DNA from: Sedimentisphaerales bacterium
Lineage (GTDB): Bacteria > Planctomycetota > Phycisphaerae > Sedimentisphaerales > SM23-30
Strand: one strand, 5' to 3'
DNA length: 64,000 nucleotides
Assembly: GCA_963666285.1 (NCBI GenBank)
Contig: OY762711.1
The translations under genes were made by a program, and so were the position numbers. This document shows, in pieces, positions 1-9,128 of this stretch (positions within the stretch are counted from its first letter, which is position 1; every line of letters begins with the position of its first letter). Under the pieces are notes generated by a model that did no database searches, was not told the DNA's origin, and worked only from the letters and a program-made list of their open reading frames with translations.

Positions 1-1132
1 CAGATAATCCTGAAGTTTGTGTATCCCAGAAAGAGTTTGAAATATTGGCATAGATTCCATATTGATATCCACAGAGTCCGCCGAGATAAACATCGCCGGA
101 AACGGAGCCAGTGGCATAGCAGTTGCTTATAGTGCCAAAATAATTACGCCCGCATAGTCCGCCGAGATAAACATCGCCGGAAACGGAGCCGGTGGCATAG
201 CAGTTAGAGATGGAGCCAGAATTATTTTTTCCACATAGACTGCCGAGATAATCATCGCCGGAAATCGAGCCGGTGGCATAGCTGTTAGAGATGGAGCCAG
301 AATTATTATATCCGCATAGTCCGCCGAGATAATCACCGCCGGAAATCGAGCCGGTGGCAAAGCTGTTAGAGATGGAGCCAGAATTATTATACCCGCATAA
401 TCCGCCGAGATAATAAAATCCATCTACAAAAGCTTCAGAAAAACAGTTGTTGATGTATGAGTTGTTGGCATAACCGCATACACCGCCAAAATGTTGCGTA
501 TAAGAATAATCCTTCTGAGGATATATAAAGCCGGTTGAGCTGCAATTGTCTATAGAAATACCATTGGCATAACCGCAAATACCACCTATATATTTTTCAC
601 CGTAAACTGTTGCGTTGACATTGCAGTTAGTAATATTGCCTTGAGAATATCCACATAGTCCGGCACAATAACTGGAAAAGCTTGTTCCTCCGGTTATTTG
701 GAAATTATCGATGTATAGATTTGATATTGAAGCATTACTATCGATATACCCAAATAGTGCCAGATAGTCATGGCCGGAATTTGGTACATTGATTGCAAGA
801 TTAGATATGGTTTTATCATTGCCGTCGAAATGGCCTGAATAGGGAGTGCCGTCAAAATCTTCATATAGGGCACAGTATAAATCAGGGGCAATTGGAGCCC
901 TGTAGCATTGTCGAGAAGAAAGGTCGAGGTCGACCGTAAGTTTGGTATAAACGCCTGCGGCCCAATGATCGATGGTGGTATTGGGATCGGCGAAAGCATT
1001 GAAATCGTCAATATCTTCGATGAGGTATGGGTTGGATGCAGTACCGGAGCCGGGCAATATGCCTCCGGCGGCGAAGATAAGGTTAGTAAACAAACAAATA
1101 ATTACCAGAGACAGCTTCAATTTAGCACTCAT
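1..1132 (-). CDS. Secreted GLUG-motif repeat protein (partial, runs off left edge)
   Basis: Absent from the ORF track because it has no stop in the window. Manual translation from ATG 1132 (AAGGAG RBS upstream) gives MSAKLKLSLVIICLFTNLIFAAGGILPGSGTASNPYLIED...FDGNDKTISNL...YLGGLCGYNNSGSISNSYATGSISG... and stays open to base 1. Confidence 0.9.
   Translation of the reverse strand, partial: MSAKLKLSLVIICLFTNLIFAAGGILPGSGTASNPYLIEDIDDFNAFADPNTTIDHWAAGVYTKLTVDLDLSSRQCYRAPIAPDLYCALYEDFDGTPYSGHFDGNDKTISNLAINVPNSGHDYLALFGYIDSNASISNLYIDNFQITGGTSFSSYCAGLCGYSQGNITNCNVNATVYGEKYIGGICGYANGISIDNCSSTGFIYPQKDYSYTQHFGGVCGYANNSYINNCFSEAFVDGFYYLGGLCGYNNSGSISNSFATGSISGGDYLGGLCGYNNSGSISNSYATGSISGDDYLGSLCGKNNSGSISNCYATGSVSGDVYLGGLCGRNYFGTISNCYATGSVSGDVYLGGLCGYQYGIYANISNSFWDTQTSGLS
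70..413 (-). repeat. Intragenic 81-bp (27-aa) tandem GLUG repeats, about 4 copies
   Basis: The C(C/T)GCCGAGATAA core recurs at 78, 159, 240, 321 and 402, a period of 81 nt. Confidence 0.9.
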
Positions 1133-1721
1133 GTTACACTCCTTCAGTTAGACACAGAATTTCATAAAGACAATAAATAATAATCTACTGTGAAGTACGG
1201 CTATGGTGTTTGTGCCGGAAGGCAAGTTGAACAGACAAAAATAACGATACAACACGAGCAAACTATCAAAATCCACATAAATATAGAGTTTCTATATGAT
1301 TACAATTATAACAAACAGGATATCGGTAAGTAAATAAAAAAAGTTGCAAGGGAGAAAATATTAAGAACTTATTCTCTGAACTTTTGTGTTACAAACCTTT
1401 TGTCAAGATATATGTCCATCGTTGTTGTATTCTTCTAGTTCTTTTTCATCAAATAAGTAAACAATGTATCTTGTATTTGGCGGTATTAGGACGTGATCTT
1501 CCATAGTAACACCAGGGGGCGATTGTGGGCCAGAAACGGCCATTGTTGGGCGAGGTTGTTTGATTCGGAATTGTTTATGAGGCAGTCACCATTTATATCT
1601 GGCGAGGGCTGTTTGTATTTGATTGTGATAGCTCATAGAAAAGCTTTTTGGATGTTATTGCTGCTATTGGTTGTCAAGTGAATAAATTTAACACATTGTT
1701 AATTACTTTAAATATTTACTC

Positions 1722-1750
1722 TTGAACGATGGGTGCGAAAATGCTACTAT
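1722..1750 (+). promoter_or_regulatory. Putative sigma70 promoter for the C25 protease gene
   Basis: TTGAAC-N17-TACTAT with TG at the extended -10 position. Confidence 0.5.
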
Positions 1751-2123
1751 AGTACTTATAAGAGAAATTCAGGAGAAAAAAAGATATAAATGGCCTTCCT
1801 CAAATAACTTACCTATTTATTACCCATGTATGAAAAATAGAGCTAATGAATAATTAATCAGCCCCCGAACAGCATTTTTTCATGATTTTGAGGTTGTAAT
1901 CATCCGATAACACAAAGTATACAGTCTCACCGGCAATGGTGTTGTCTTAGATAGAAACAATAGAAGAGAGATATTCCCAAAATAATTCAAATGGTATTTC
2001 AGCCGGAAAGCTGGAGTAGATTGCTAATTATTGGGGGATGTAGTTGGAATAAACGTGCAAATTTGGAAAAAAGTATAAAATTCAGAGCCTACATTAAAAT
2101 ACAGATTTGAAAGGAAGTGATAT

Positions 2124-5100
2124 ATGGTCTTTATGTCCAGAATTATGAGATATGTCGCAATATTAGCTATTGCAACTAGTTTATTAAGTAATTATGCAAT
2201 GGGTCAAAATAGCGGCAGTTTTGAGGACAGTACATCAGTAATCAATGTCTGGCTCAACGGCAAGGAGATTCAATATGAAGCTCAAATGAGTGTTGGATTT
2301 GTCGGTGACGAAGCGATATTTATGCTGAACAAAGATCAGAGTTATGTTTCTCAGTCTGGTCAGCCCAAGCTGCCATTTCAAAAGATTCGCCTGTTACTGC
2401 CTGCAAATGCAGTTATGAGCAGCATTGATATGCATCTGGAAGCCGAATATAGCGAAGTTGAAGGTGAGTGGGATGTGTCCCCGATGCCTCCGGCTTCAAT
2501 TGTAGACAGTAATGGAGAAGAACTGATATGGCCAGAGTCAGCAACAATAATTGATGGTTATGATGCAGATATATATGGAGCTGACAGTTTCTGGCCTGAG
2601 TCAAAGGCTGTAGAAACGAGTTCCGGAAGTTTGAGAAGCTATAAATTGCTGGAACTGGCAATACCATTATTCAGGTATAATCCATCAAGCGGTAATCTGC
2701 AAAAACTGGTTGAGGGAGATTTGACAGTATTGGCCCCGGAGAAAAAAAGTACGACTACAAAGAGCCAGGTTGTCGGTAATGCAGAAATTAACGATCGAGT
2801 TAGCAGTCTTGTATCGAATTATGATCAGTTTAGTGAAGAATATTCAGAGAGTGTTGTTAGCAAGTCTCCAAATCTGAATGACAAAGGGTATGTGATTATT
2901 ACAACCAATACGATTGTGAATGCATCGAGTAAACTGGCAGATTTTGTGGCTCATAAATCAGCAAATTATACAGTCAGTGTAATTACAGAAAGTCAGTATG
3001 GTTCTGGAAGCGGCGATACCGCTTCAAATAACATCAGGGCATGGCTGCAGTCAAACTATGCAAATGAGAGTTACGGTTCGGGCGGAATATTGTATGTCTT
3101 ACTGATAGGTGACCCGCGGACAGACAGCAGTAGTGTTCCTATGAAGTTGTGTCGAGATGACCTCCCGACAGATTATTATTATGCCGAATTGACTGGCGAC
3201 TGGGATAGTAATAATGACGGAGTTTACGGTACAGATGATGACAGTCCGGAAAAATATTTTGAAGTATATACCGGTCGAATTCCATATTACGGCACTATAA
3301 GTGATACCGATAATATCCTGCAGAAGTTTATTGACTATGAGAATTCCACAGATACAGATTGGCGTCGAAATGCATTGCTTCCAATGGTTCCGCTTGATGA
3401 CAGCACGCAGGCTTATCAAATGGGCGAGCAGATTAAGTATAATTGCCTGGAGTCCAGGTTTATAACATCAACTCGAATATATGAAGAGAGCTATGGTTTG
3501 ACTCCTCCGGCAGAATATTTACTTGACGACAGGTTTCCAGCGACTGAATGGAGTGAAAATGCATACGGTATGGTTATCTGGCAGACCCACGGCTGGAGTC
3601 AGGGAGGATCCGGAGTTATTAGCAGCAGTAATACCGGCAGTCTAAACGATGATTATCCAAGTGCGGTATACCAGGGTTCCTGTATGACAGGTAATCCGGA
3701 TGCGACAGACAACCTGGGTTATATGCTATTGAAAAACGGAGCAATTGGTACAATAGCTGCCAGTAGGAATGGTTTATACTGGGTAGGCCAAACGAATTTT
3801 ACAAATACCAACAGTGTGGGCGGTATAGGATATCAATATGCCAAGCGTCTGGCAGAGAAAAAGACACTCGGTCAGGCTATTTTTGACAGTAAGGAATCAC
3901 TTGGTTTCTGGCTGCAGAATTACTATGTATATAATCTATATGGTGACCCGTCTATGGTTATAATGCCAGAAGAACCGGATTTTGGAATAGTACCAACACA
4001 TAGCCTAACGTTTAATACTGTATATGGCGGGATAAGTGATGACTCATTGAGTATTTCACTAGTGAATAATTCATCATCCGGTATGAGTTGGACAGCGAGC
4101 AGGGGTAATGCTACATGGTATGATCTTTCCAGTTTAAGCGGCAGCATAAGTGGAAACAGGACAGCTAACCTAGTTGTAAAATTGAATAGTAATGTTGAGT
4201 CTATGCCGGTTGGTACACATACTGATGTTATCACAGTTAAGAATAATTCAACCGGTCAGACAGAAAGCCGCACAGTTACATTGACAGTGTCGCCAGTGAG
4301 AAAACTGGTACACTGGACGTTTGATGAGACAAGCGGCGAAACGGCTGAAGATGTGTCGGGTAATGGATATACCGGTACACTTGTGAATACAGATTTTAGT
4401 ACGGCGTCAATTGCTGGTAAGTATTCCACAGCAATGCTGTTTGACGGGACAGATGATTATGTTGAGGTTTCAGGTTTCAATGAAGATATGTGCGGTATGA
4501 CTATATCTGTGTGGCTGTATCCTGATGACTGGAATGGTAATCGTCGAATAATCCAGAAGGGCGGCGACGGCAGCGAGTTTCGGTTGTTGCGGGAGCGAGG
4601 ATATTTTGTATTTGAGATAGGCAGTGCCAGGCTGGAATTATCGTCATTGCCTGCAATAGGCAGCTGGACACATGTTGCAGCAGTATATGACGGAAATGAA
4701 ATGAGAGTCTATTATAATAAGGAATTAAAGGGCCGTTTCGTCCGCAGTGGAAAAGTACCAATCAGCAGCAGTACGATGTACATAGGGGCAAAGAATGATA
4801 GTTCAGCAGCTTCTGACTTATTCAAGGGCGGCATGGACGAATTGCAGATATTTAATTATGCCAAGGATGAGTCAGGAATAGAAGCGTTGTATAACGGCAT
4901 TAATCAGCCGGAAGCATTATGTCCGTATCATGGCGCAGGTAATGTGACTCTTATAACTGACTTGGAATGGCGGATGGGAATATCTGCGGTTAACAATGAT
5001 GTCTATTTCGGCAGTAACTATGATTCTGTTTTGAATGCAACAACTAGCTCAGATGAATATAAAGGCAGGCAGACCGGTGAGAGCTATTCGCCAGGAACCC

Positions 5101-7379
5101 TTGTGATGAATTCTGATTATTACTGGAGAATAGACCAGATTGACACAAGCGGCGCAGTTACTAGCGGTCCGGTCTGGAAATTTACAACAGGAAATGGAAC
5201 CGGTGGTATTACCTGGGATGTATGGTATAACATTTCCGGAAATTATGTAACCAATTTGACGGGCAATAGTCGTTATCCAGACAGTCCGGATGATACAGAA
5301 ATTATGCCAACTTTTGAAGGTCCGAGAGATTTTGCAGAGAACTATGGTTCAAAGATGTATGGATTCCTGATACCGCCTGAGACAGGTAATTATACTTTCT
5401 GGATAGCCAGTGATGACTATTCAGAGTTGTGGCTGAGTAGTGATACAGATCCTTCAAATGTTTCCAGGATAGCGTATGTTTCAGGATACAGTGGCTACCA
5501 GGAATGGGAGAAGTATACTTCGCAGAAATCAGCAGCAGTGTATTTGGAAGCCGGAGTGCCATATTATGTAATGGTATTACATAAGGAAGGAGGAGGAGGA
5601 GACTGTGCCTCTGTAGCCTTTGAAAGCCCAAGTTTTGGCAGGAAGCTGATTACAGGCGAGTATATTATGCCATACGCGGAAGATTATAACTGGGGGCCAG
5701 TATTTGAGTCAGGTCGAATAAAAGGTGAGACAGCCTATGAAGGTGATGCCGGATATGCCGGGAGTCTGTCTGAATATGTGTGGAGTGCATCGAGCAGTGA
5801 CTTGACGTTCAGCAAGATTGCCGGCCCTGAGTGGCTGACAGTTGAATCAGATGGAAGTTACCATGGTACAGCATGGGACAAGCATACCGGATTTAATCTA
5901 TTTGAAGTAAAGGCAACCGATTCTAATGGTTTGTCAAGTACTGCGATTTTAGAGATTAAAGTTGTAGATATGTTTACCGGTGAGAATGGCATGCAGGACT
6001 TTTCTCCGTTCAGTGAAGGGTGGATGAGTCAGACACAAGGATATCATGGCTCTGATCTGGATGGAAATAATTCTGTAGATATTGGAGATATGGCAGAATT
6101 TGCCAATAACTGGCTGATAGAAATATCATATGGTATAGAGCGATTCTACTGGCCGTTTGATTATGATGCAGACGAAGTGTTAAATGATTATGAAGGTATA
6201 TTTAATGGAGGAGCTTCTATAACTTATGAAGGTATTACTAAATTGCCAAATGGTGATGGAGCTTTATTATTAGATGGAGTAGATGATGATCTGGCAGTAA
6301 AAGATTTTGTCGGAGTATGTGGTACTTCCAGTCGCACTTGTATGGCTTGGATTAAGACATCTTCAACTGTTGGAGGGACTATTGCTTCTTGGGGGGAAAA
6401 TAATAATGGCGAAAAATGGATGTTTAGGGTTAATGTAGATGGAAGTATTGGTGTAGGTGTATGGGGTGGGTATACACACTCTCATGTGATAGTTAATGAT
6501 GGTGAATGGCACCATGTTGCTGCAGTACTATTTGATGACGGCACACCTGATGTAAATGAGTTGACTCTATATGTTGATGGTAGAAAAGCTGAAAGTTATT
6601 CAAGTGGTAGTAGGGCAATAGATACCGCAAAAGCTGATTTTATTAGGATAGGTTCTTATGTTAATGAGAGCGCCATTGGTTTCTTTGACGGCTATATTGA
6701 TGAATTTAGGCTTTTCAATGAAGCATTAACTTCAGATGACATTAATTCATATGCAGGCTTTGACTTGGATTTGTATTTTCCATTAAATGAGAGTTCAGGC
6801 TCTATTGCTAATGATTATTCATTGTATGGCAGAAATGGAGGATTGGTTAATGGACCAGTTTGGCAGAGTGGCAAAGCATTATTATTTGACGGTGTAGATG
6901 ATTATGTTCTTGTAGATGATTATGTTGGAATTGTTGGTCAGGCAAGCCGTACAAGCATGGCATGGATAAAAACAGATTCAACTCAGTCAGGTGTAGTACT
7001 AAGTTGGGGGCAGAATGACGCTGGTAGAAAATGGATGTTTAGAGTTAATTCAGACGGTAGTTTTGGTGTAGGTGTATGGGATGGATATGTGCATTCAAAT
7101 GCTGTTGTTAATGACGGAAACTGGCATCATATAGCCGCAGTTTTGCAAAATTATGGAGAATCTGATCTAAGTGATATTGTTCTGTATCTTGATGGAAAAG
7201 AAGTATTATCTTATTATTCTAGTGAAGTTACAATTAATACTGCGATTACCCCGGGTGTGCTTATTGGTACGTATGACCACACTTTGAGTTTGGGCTGTTT
7301 TTCGGGGCAATTAACCGATGTTAGGATATATAATAGAGCTCTATCACAAGACGAGGTTGAAGCGGTTGTTACAAATTAG
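2124..7379 (+). CDS. Secreted multidomain C25 (gingipain-like) cysteine peptidase with propeptide, LamG x3, PA14 and dockerin-like modules
   Basis: Signal peptide. Propeptide motif GQPKLP. C25 motifs YVLLIGD, TDYYYAEL, GRIP, catalytic THGW and GSC, and YNLYGDP. LamG motifs FDGTDDYV and WTHVAAV. PA14 motifs YTFWIASDD and HKEGGGGD. Dockerin-like DLDGNNSVDIGDMAEFANNWL. Confidence 0.85.
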   Translation: MVFMSRIMRYVAILAIATSLLSNYAMGQNSGSFEDSTSVINVWLNGKEIQYEAQMSVGFVGDEAIFMLNKDQSYVSQSGQPKLPFQKIRLLLPANAVMSSIDMHLEAEYSEVEGEWDVSPMPPASIVDSNGEELIWPESATIIDGYDADIYGADSFWPESKAVETSSGSLRSYKLLELAIPLFRYNPSSGNLQKLVEGDLTVLAPEKKSTTTKSQVVGNAEINDRVSSLVSNYDQFSEEYSESVVSKSPNLNDKGYVIITTNTIVNASSKLADFVAHKSANYTVSVITESQYGSGSGDTASNNIRAWLQSNYANESYGSGGILYVLLIGDPRTDSSSVPMKLCRDDLPTDYYYAELTGDWDSNNDGVYGTDDDSPEKYFEVYTGRIPYYGTISDTDNILQKFIDYENSTDTDWRRNALLPMVPLDDSTQAYQMGEQIKYNCLESRFITSTRIYEESYGLTPPAEYLLDDRFPATEWSENAYGMVIWQTHGWSQGGSGVISSSNTGSLNDDYPSAVYQGSCMTGNPDATDNLGYMLLKNGAIGTIAASRNGLYWVGQTNFTNTNSVGGIGYQYAKRLAEKKTLGQAIFDSKESLGFWLQNYYVYNLYGDPSMVIMPEEPDFGIVPTHSLTFNTVYGGISDDSLSISLVNNSSSGMSWTASRGNATWYDLSSLSGSISGNRTANLVVKLNSNVESMPVGTHTDVITVKNNSTGQTESRTVTLTVSPVRKLVHWTFDETSGETAEDVSGNGYTGTLVNTDFSTASIAGKYSTAMLFDGTDDYVEVSGFNEDMCGMTISVWLYPDDWNGNRRIIQKGGDGSEFRLLRERGYFVFEIGSARLELSSLPAIGSWTHVAAVYDGNEMRVYYNKELKGRFVRSGKVPISSSTMYIGAKNDSSAASDLFKGGMDELQIFNYAKDESGIEALYNGINQPEALCPYHGAGNVTLITDLEWRMGISAVNNDVYFGSNYDSVLNATTSSDEYKGRQTGESYSPGTLVMNSDYYWRIDQIDTSGAVTSGPVWKFTTGNGTGGITWDVWYNISGNYVTNLTGNSRYPDSPDDTEIMPTFEGPRDFAENYGSKMYGFLIPPETGNYTFWIASDDYSELWLSSDTDPSNVSRIAYVSGYSGYQEWEKYTSQKSAAVYLEAGVPYYVMVLHKEGGGGDCASVAFESPSFGRKLITGEYIMPYAEDYNWGPVFESGRIKGETAYEGDAGYAGSLSEYVWSASSSDLTFSKIAGPEWLTVESDGSYHGTAWDKHTGFNLFEVKATDSNGLSSTAILEIKVVDMFTGENGMQDFSPFSEGWMSQTQGYHGSDLDGNNSVDIGDMAEFANNWLIEISYGIERFYWPFDYDADEVLNDYEGIFNGGASITYEGITKLPNGDGALLLDGVDDDLAVKDFVGVCGTSSRTCMAWIKTSSTVGGTIASWGENNNGEKWMFRVNVDGSIGVGVWGGYTHSHVIVNDGEWHHVAAVLFDDGTPDVNELTLYVDGRKAESYSSGSRAIDTAKADFIRIGSYVNESAIGFFDGYIDEFRLFNEALTSDDINSYAGFDLDLYFPLNESSGSIANDYSLYGRNGGLVNGPVWQSGKALLFDGVDDYVLVDDYVGIVGQASRTSMAWIKTDSTQSGVVLSWGQNDAGRKWMFRVNSDGSFGVGVWDGYVHSNAVVNDGNWHHIAAVLQNYGESDLSDIVLYLDGKEVLSYYSSEVTINTAITPGVLIGTYDHTLSLGCFSGQLTDVRIYNRALSQDEVEAVVTN

Positions 7380-7403
7380 CAAATCCACAGTATCAATAAT
7401 TAA

Positions 7404-7434
7404 AAAAAGCTCTGCTGATATGGCAGAGCTTTTT
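7404..7434. terminator. Bidirectional intrinsic terminator
   Basis: AAAAAGCTCTGC...GCAGAGCTTTTT lies between convergent genes. Confidence 0.85.
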
Positions 7435-7464
7435 ATGTTTATATGTCGGATTTTGTCGGTTTGA

Positions 7465-8310
7465 TTATTTTAGTAATATATCGCCGAAACTGGTGGCGGC
7501 TACGATATTACCAGAACCGTTACCGATTTTCCCTTTCATGTTTTCTTTATTGATAGAACCAGATATGGTAACGGGTTTGTCGCATGTGACTTTGCCGAAA
7601 GAAGTTGACAGTTTTACATTTCCGGCATAATTATCCAGATTGCATATCTTGATATTGCCGTAAGATGTATTCAAATTGCAGTTGAAGTCTTCCGGGAGGT
7701 CGGATCCTGAGAAGTTGATACCGCCAAAAGATGTATTTACTTTTGCTGTCTTGCAGTGATGGTTTTCAACATTGACAGTACCGTATGAGGTGTTCAGGTC
7801 AGGGTTACCTTTACAGTTTTTGACTGATATGTCACCGAAACTTGTATCAGCTTTAACAGGTTTATTGATATTTTCAATAGAAACTTTACCAAAAGAAGTG
7901 TTAAGGTCGAGAGTAGTGCCAGTAGCGAGAGTTACAATGAAGCCGGCTCCGATAGTTTCATTATGTTCTTTTGAGATATTGCATTTTGGTTTAGCGATGA
8001 TTTTGTCACCGCTGATTTCTATGATAATCTCGGTATTATCTGCCAGTTCCCGGGCTCTTTCCTTAGTTTTTGCCCTTGCGATGATTTTGCCGGAGATTTC
8101 GCACTTATCAGTATCGCTACCGGTGATTTTAATATCTCCGAACTGGGTGTCGCAGGCAAATGTTTTGCCGGAGGTGTTTTCAGCGGTCATTTCAAACGGT
8201 TTTTTTACCTCTTCTTTACATGAATCGCTGCATCCGTTGATATAAATGCAGCCGCCCATTGATATAGAGACGAGAATAAGCAACAGGGAAATCTTAATAA
8301 GTTTGAACAT
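7465..8310 (-). CDS. DUF4097-family beta-strand repeat lipoprotein
   Basis: Lipobox SMGG-C. Repeated (N/D)TS(F/Y)G-x-(I/V) units typical of DUF4097/adhesin-like beta-solenoids. Confidence 0.8.
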   Translation of the reverse strand: MFKLIKISLLLILVSISMGGCIYINGCSDSCKEEVKKPFEMTAENTSGKTFACDTQFGDIKITGSDTDKCEISGKIIARAKTKERARELADNTEIIIEISGDKIIAKPKCNISKEHNETIGAGFIVTLATGTTLDLNTSFGKVSIENINKPVKADTSFGDISVKNCKGNPDLNTSYGTVNVENHHCKTAKVNTSFGGINFSGSDLPEDFNCNLNTSYGNIKICNLDNYAGNVKLSTSFGKVTCDKPVTISGSINKENMKGKIGNGSGNIVAATSFGDILLK

Positions 8311-8367
8311 GGTTTGACTCCTATTCCAAAAAAGTTTTATAAACTATATATTCCACACAACAATACA

Positions 8368-8393
8368 GTCGAACAGATAGAAAAAAAATATCA
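8368..8393 (-). promoter_or_regulatory. Putative ECF sigma promoter of the DUF4097 gene
   Basis: Minus strand TGATAT-N16-CGAC. The spacer has a T-tract plus CTATC, as does the copy at 9103-9128. Confidence 0.5.
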
Positions 8394-8445
8394 TAATATT
8401 TTGGTAATTTATCTGGTACGATTTATGCTTCGCATCTTATACAAG

Positions 8446-8645
8446 GCGTACTTTTGACTGTTCAGCGTTAACCGCAAAGGTCAGAACAGGGCCAACTAAG
8501 TGAAAAACGAATAATGAAAAGTGAAAAATTAACATTAAGGTGTTCAACTATCGTCTCACGCTTTGTTTAAAACATAAGCGTGGCAGGAAGGCCCTTTTAG
8601 GCGTTTATTGCAACTTGAAAAGTGCGAAAGTAAACTATCTGATAT
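8446..8645 (+). repeat. Dispersed ~200 bp repeat, family A copy 1 (centre replaced by a family B element)
   Basis: Its reverse complement matches both ends of 52645-52826, for example ATAGTTTACTTT...AAGTTGCAA.AAACGCCTAAAAGGGCCTTCCTGC and GGCCCTGTTCTG.CCTTTGCG...CAGTCAAAAGT.CG. Confidence 0.85.
8497..8572 (+). repeat. Short A-rich heptamer plus hairpin-like element, family B copy 1
   Basis: Aligns with 10784-10853: TAAGTGAAAAAC...AAAAGT.AAAAATT...GG.GTTC..CTATCG.CTCAC..TTTGTTTAAA. Confidence 0.8.
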
Positions 8646-8652
8646 ATTGAAT

Positions 8653-8736
8653 CTATCCAATATAAATGCAACCGCCCATAGCAAGAAGGGTAGTTACTGC
8701 AGCAATCGCGAGGAAAAGCAATTTTGATAATTTCAT
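8653..8736 (-). CDS. 27-aa micro-lipoprotein MKLSKLLFLAIAAVTTLLAMGG-CIYIG
   Basis: Manual translation. AGGAG RBS, basic n-region, hydrophobic h-region, lipobox Cys23, TAG stop at 8653-8655. Confidence 0.7.
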   Translation of the reverse strand: MKLSKLLFLAIAAVTTLLAMGGCIYIG

Positions 8737-8780
8737 AATAAGCTCCTGATAAAAAAAGGTTAAATGATTCTTAAGGTTCA

Positions 8781-8823
8781 TAATACCTCTCAAACTGACC
8801 GATGGCCAGTTTGAGAGGTATTA
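8781..8823. other. Perfect 17-bp inverted repeat (stem-loop) between the two micro-lipoprotein genes
   Basis: TAATACCTCTCAAACTG-N9-CAGTTTGAGAGGTATTA. Confidence 0.9.
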
Positions 8824-8868
8824 GGTATTAGTTATTTGGTATTAGGTAAGGTTTGCCGCAAAGCGGCA
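8817..8868 (+). repeat. GGTATTA heptamer run followed by a GC hairpin
   Basis: GGTATTA GGTATTA GTTATTT GGTATTA GGTAAGG, then TGCCGC-AAA-GCGGCA. Confidence 0.75.
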
Positions 8869-8955
8869 GGCTAATTAAATCATTAATGTAACAATTTGCA
8901 TTGAATTATGTTACCACAATAAAAAATGTAAAATCGGTCACTTTGAGTAATTAAT

Positions 8956-9039
8956 TTAACTGATATGAATACATCCACTTGAAGCGAGCGATAAAACAAC
9001 AAACAGTAATGCCAGGAAAAGTTTTTTAATTGTATTCAT
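8956..9039 (-). CDS. 27-aa micro-lipoprotein MNTIKKLFLALLFVVLSLASSG-CIHIS
   Basis: Manual translation. GGAG RBS, signal peptide II architecture, Cys23, TAA stop at 8956-8958. Confidence 0.7.
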   Translation of the reverse strand: MNTIKKLFLALLFVVLSLASSGCIHIS

Positions 9040-9102
9040 GGTAAATCTCCATAAGTAAATAACATACATAATTACACGTCAAGGGTAGATTATAATATAT
9101 TT

Positions 9103-9128
9103 GACGTGTTTGATAGGAAAAAGTTACA
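9103..9128 (-). promoter_or_regulatory. Putative ECF sigma promoter upstream of the micro-lipoprotein genes
   Basis: Minus strand TGTAAC-N16-CGTC, the architecture of Bacillus SigX/SigM/SigW-type promoters. It overlaps an ACACGTCAA-N18-TTGACGTGT inverted repeat (9074-9109). Confidence 0.6.

Noticed and set aside
70..423. Regularly spaced repeats resembling a CRISPR array, and track ORF 127..423
   Set aside because: The period is 81 nt with no unique spacers. The repeats encode GLUG units in the 1132-start frame, so the track ORF is an off-frame shadow.
1493..1681. 62-aa ORF in the GLUG/protease divergent spacer
   Set aside because: GTG start, no recognisable motif, and it sits in a probable promoter region.
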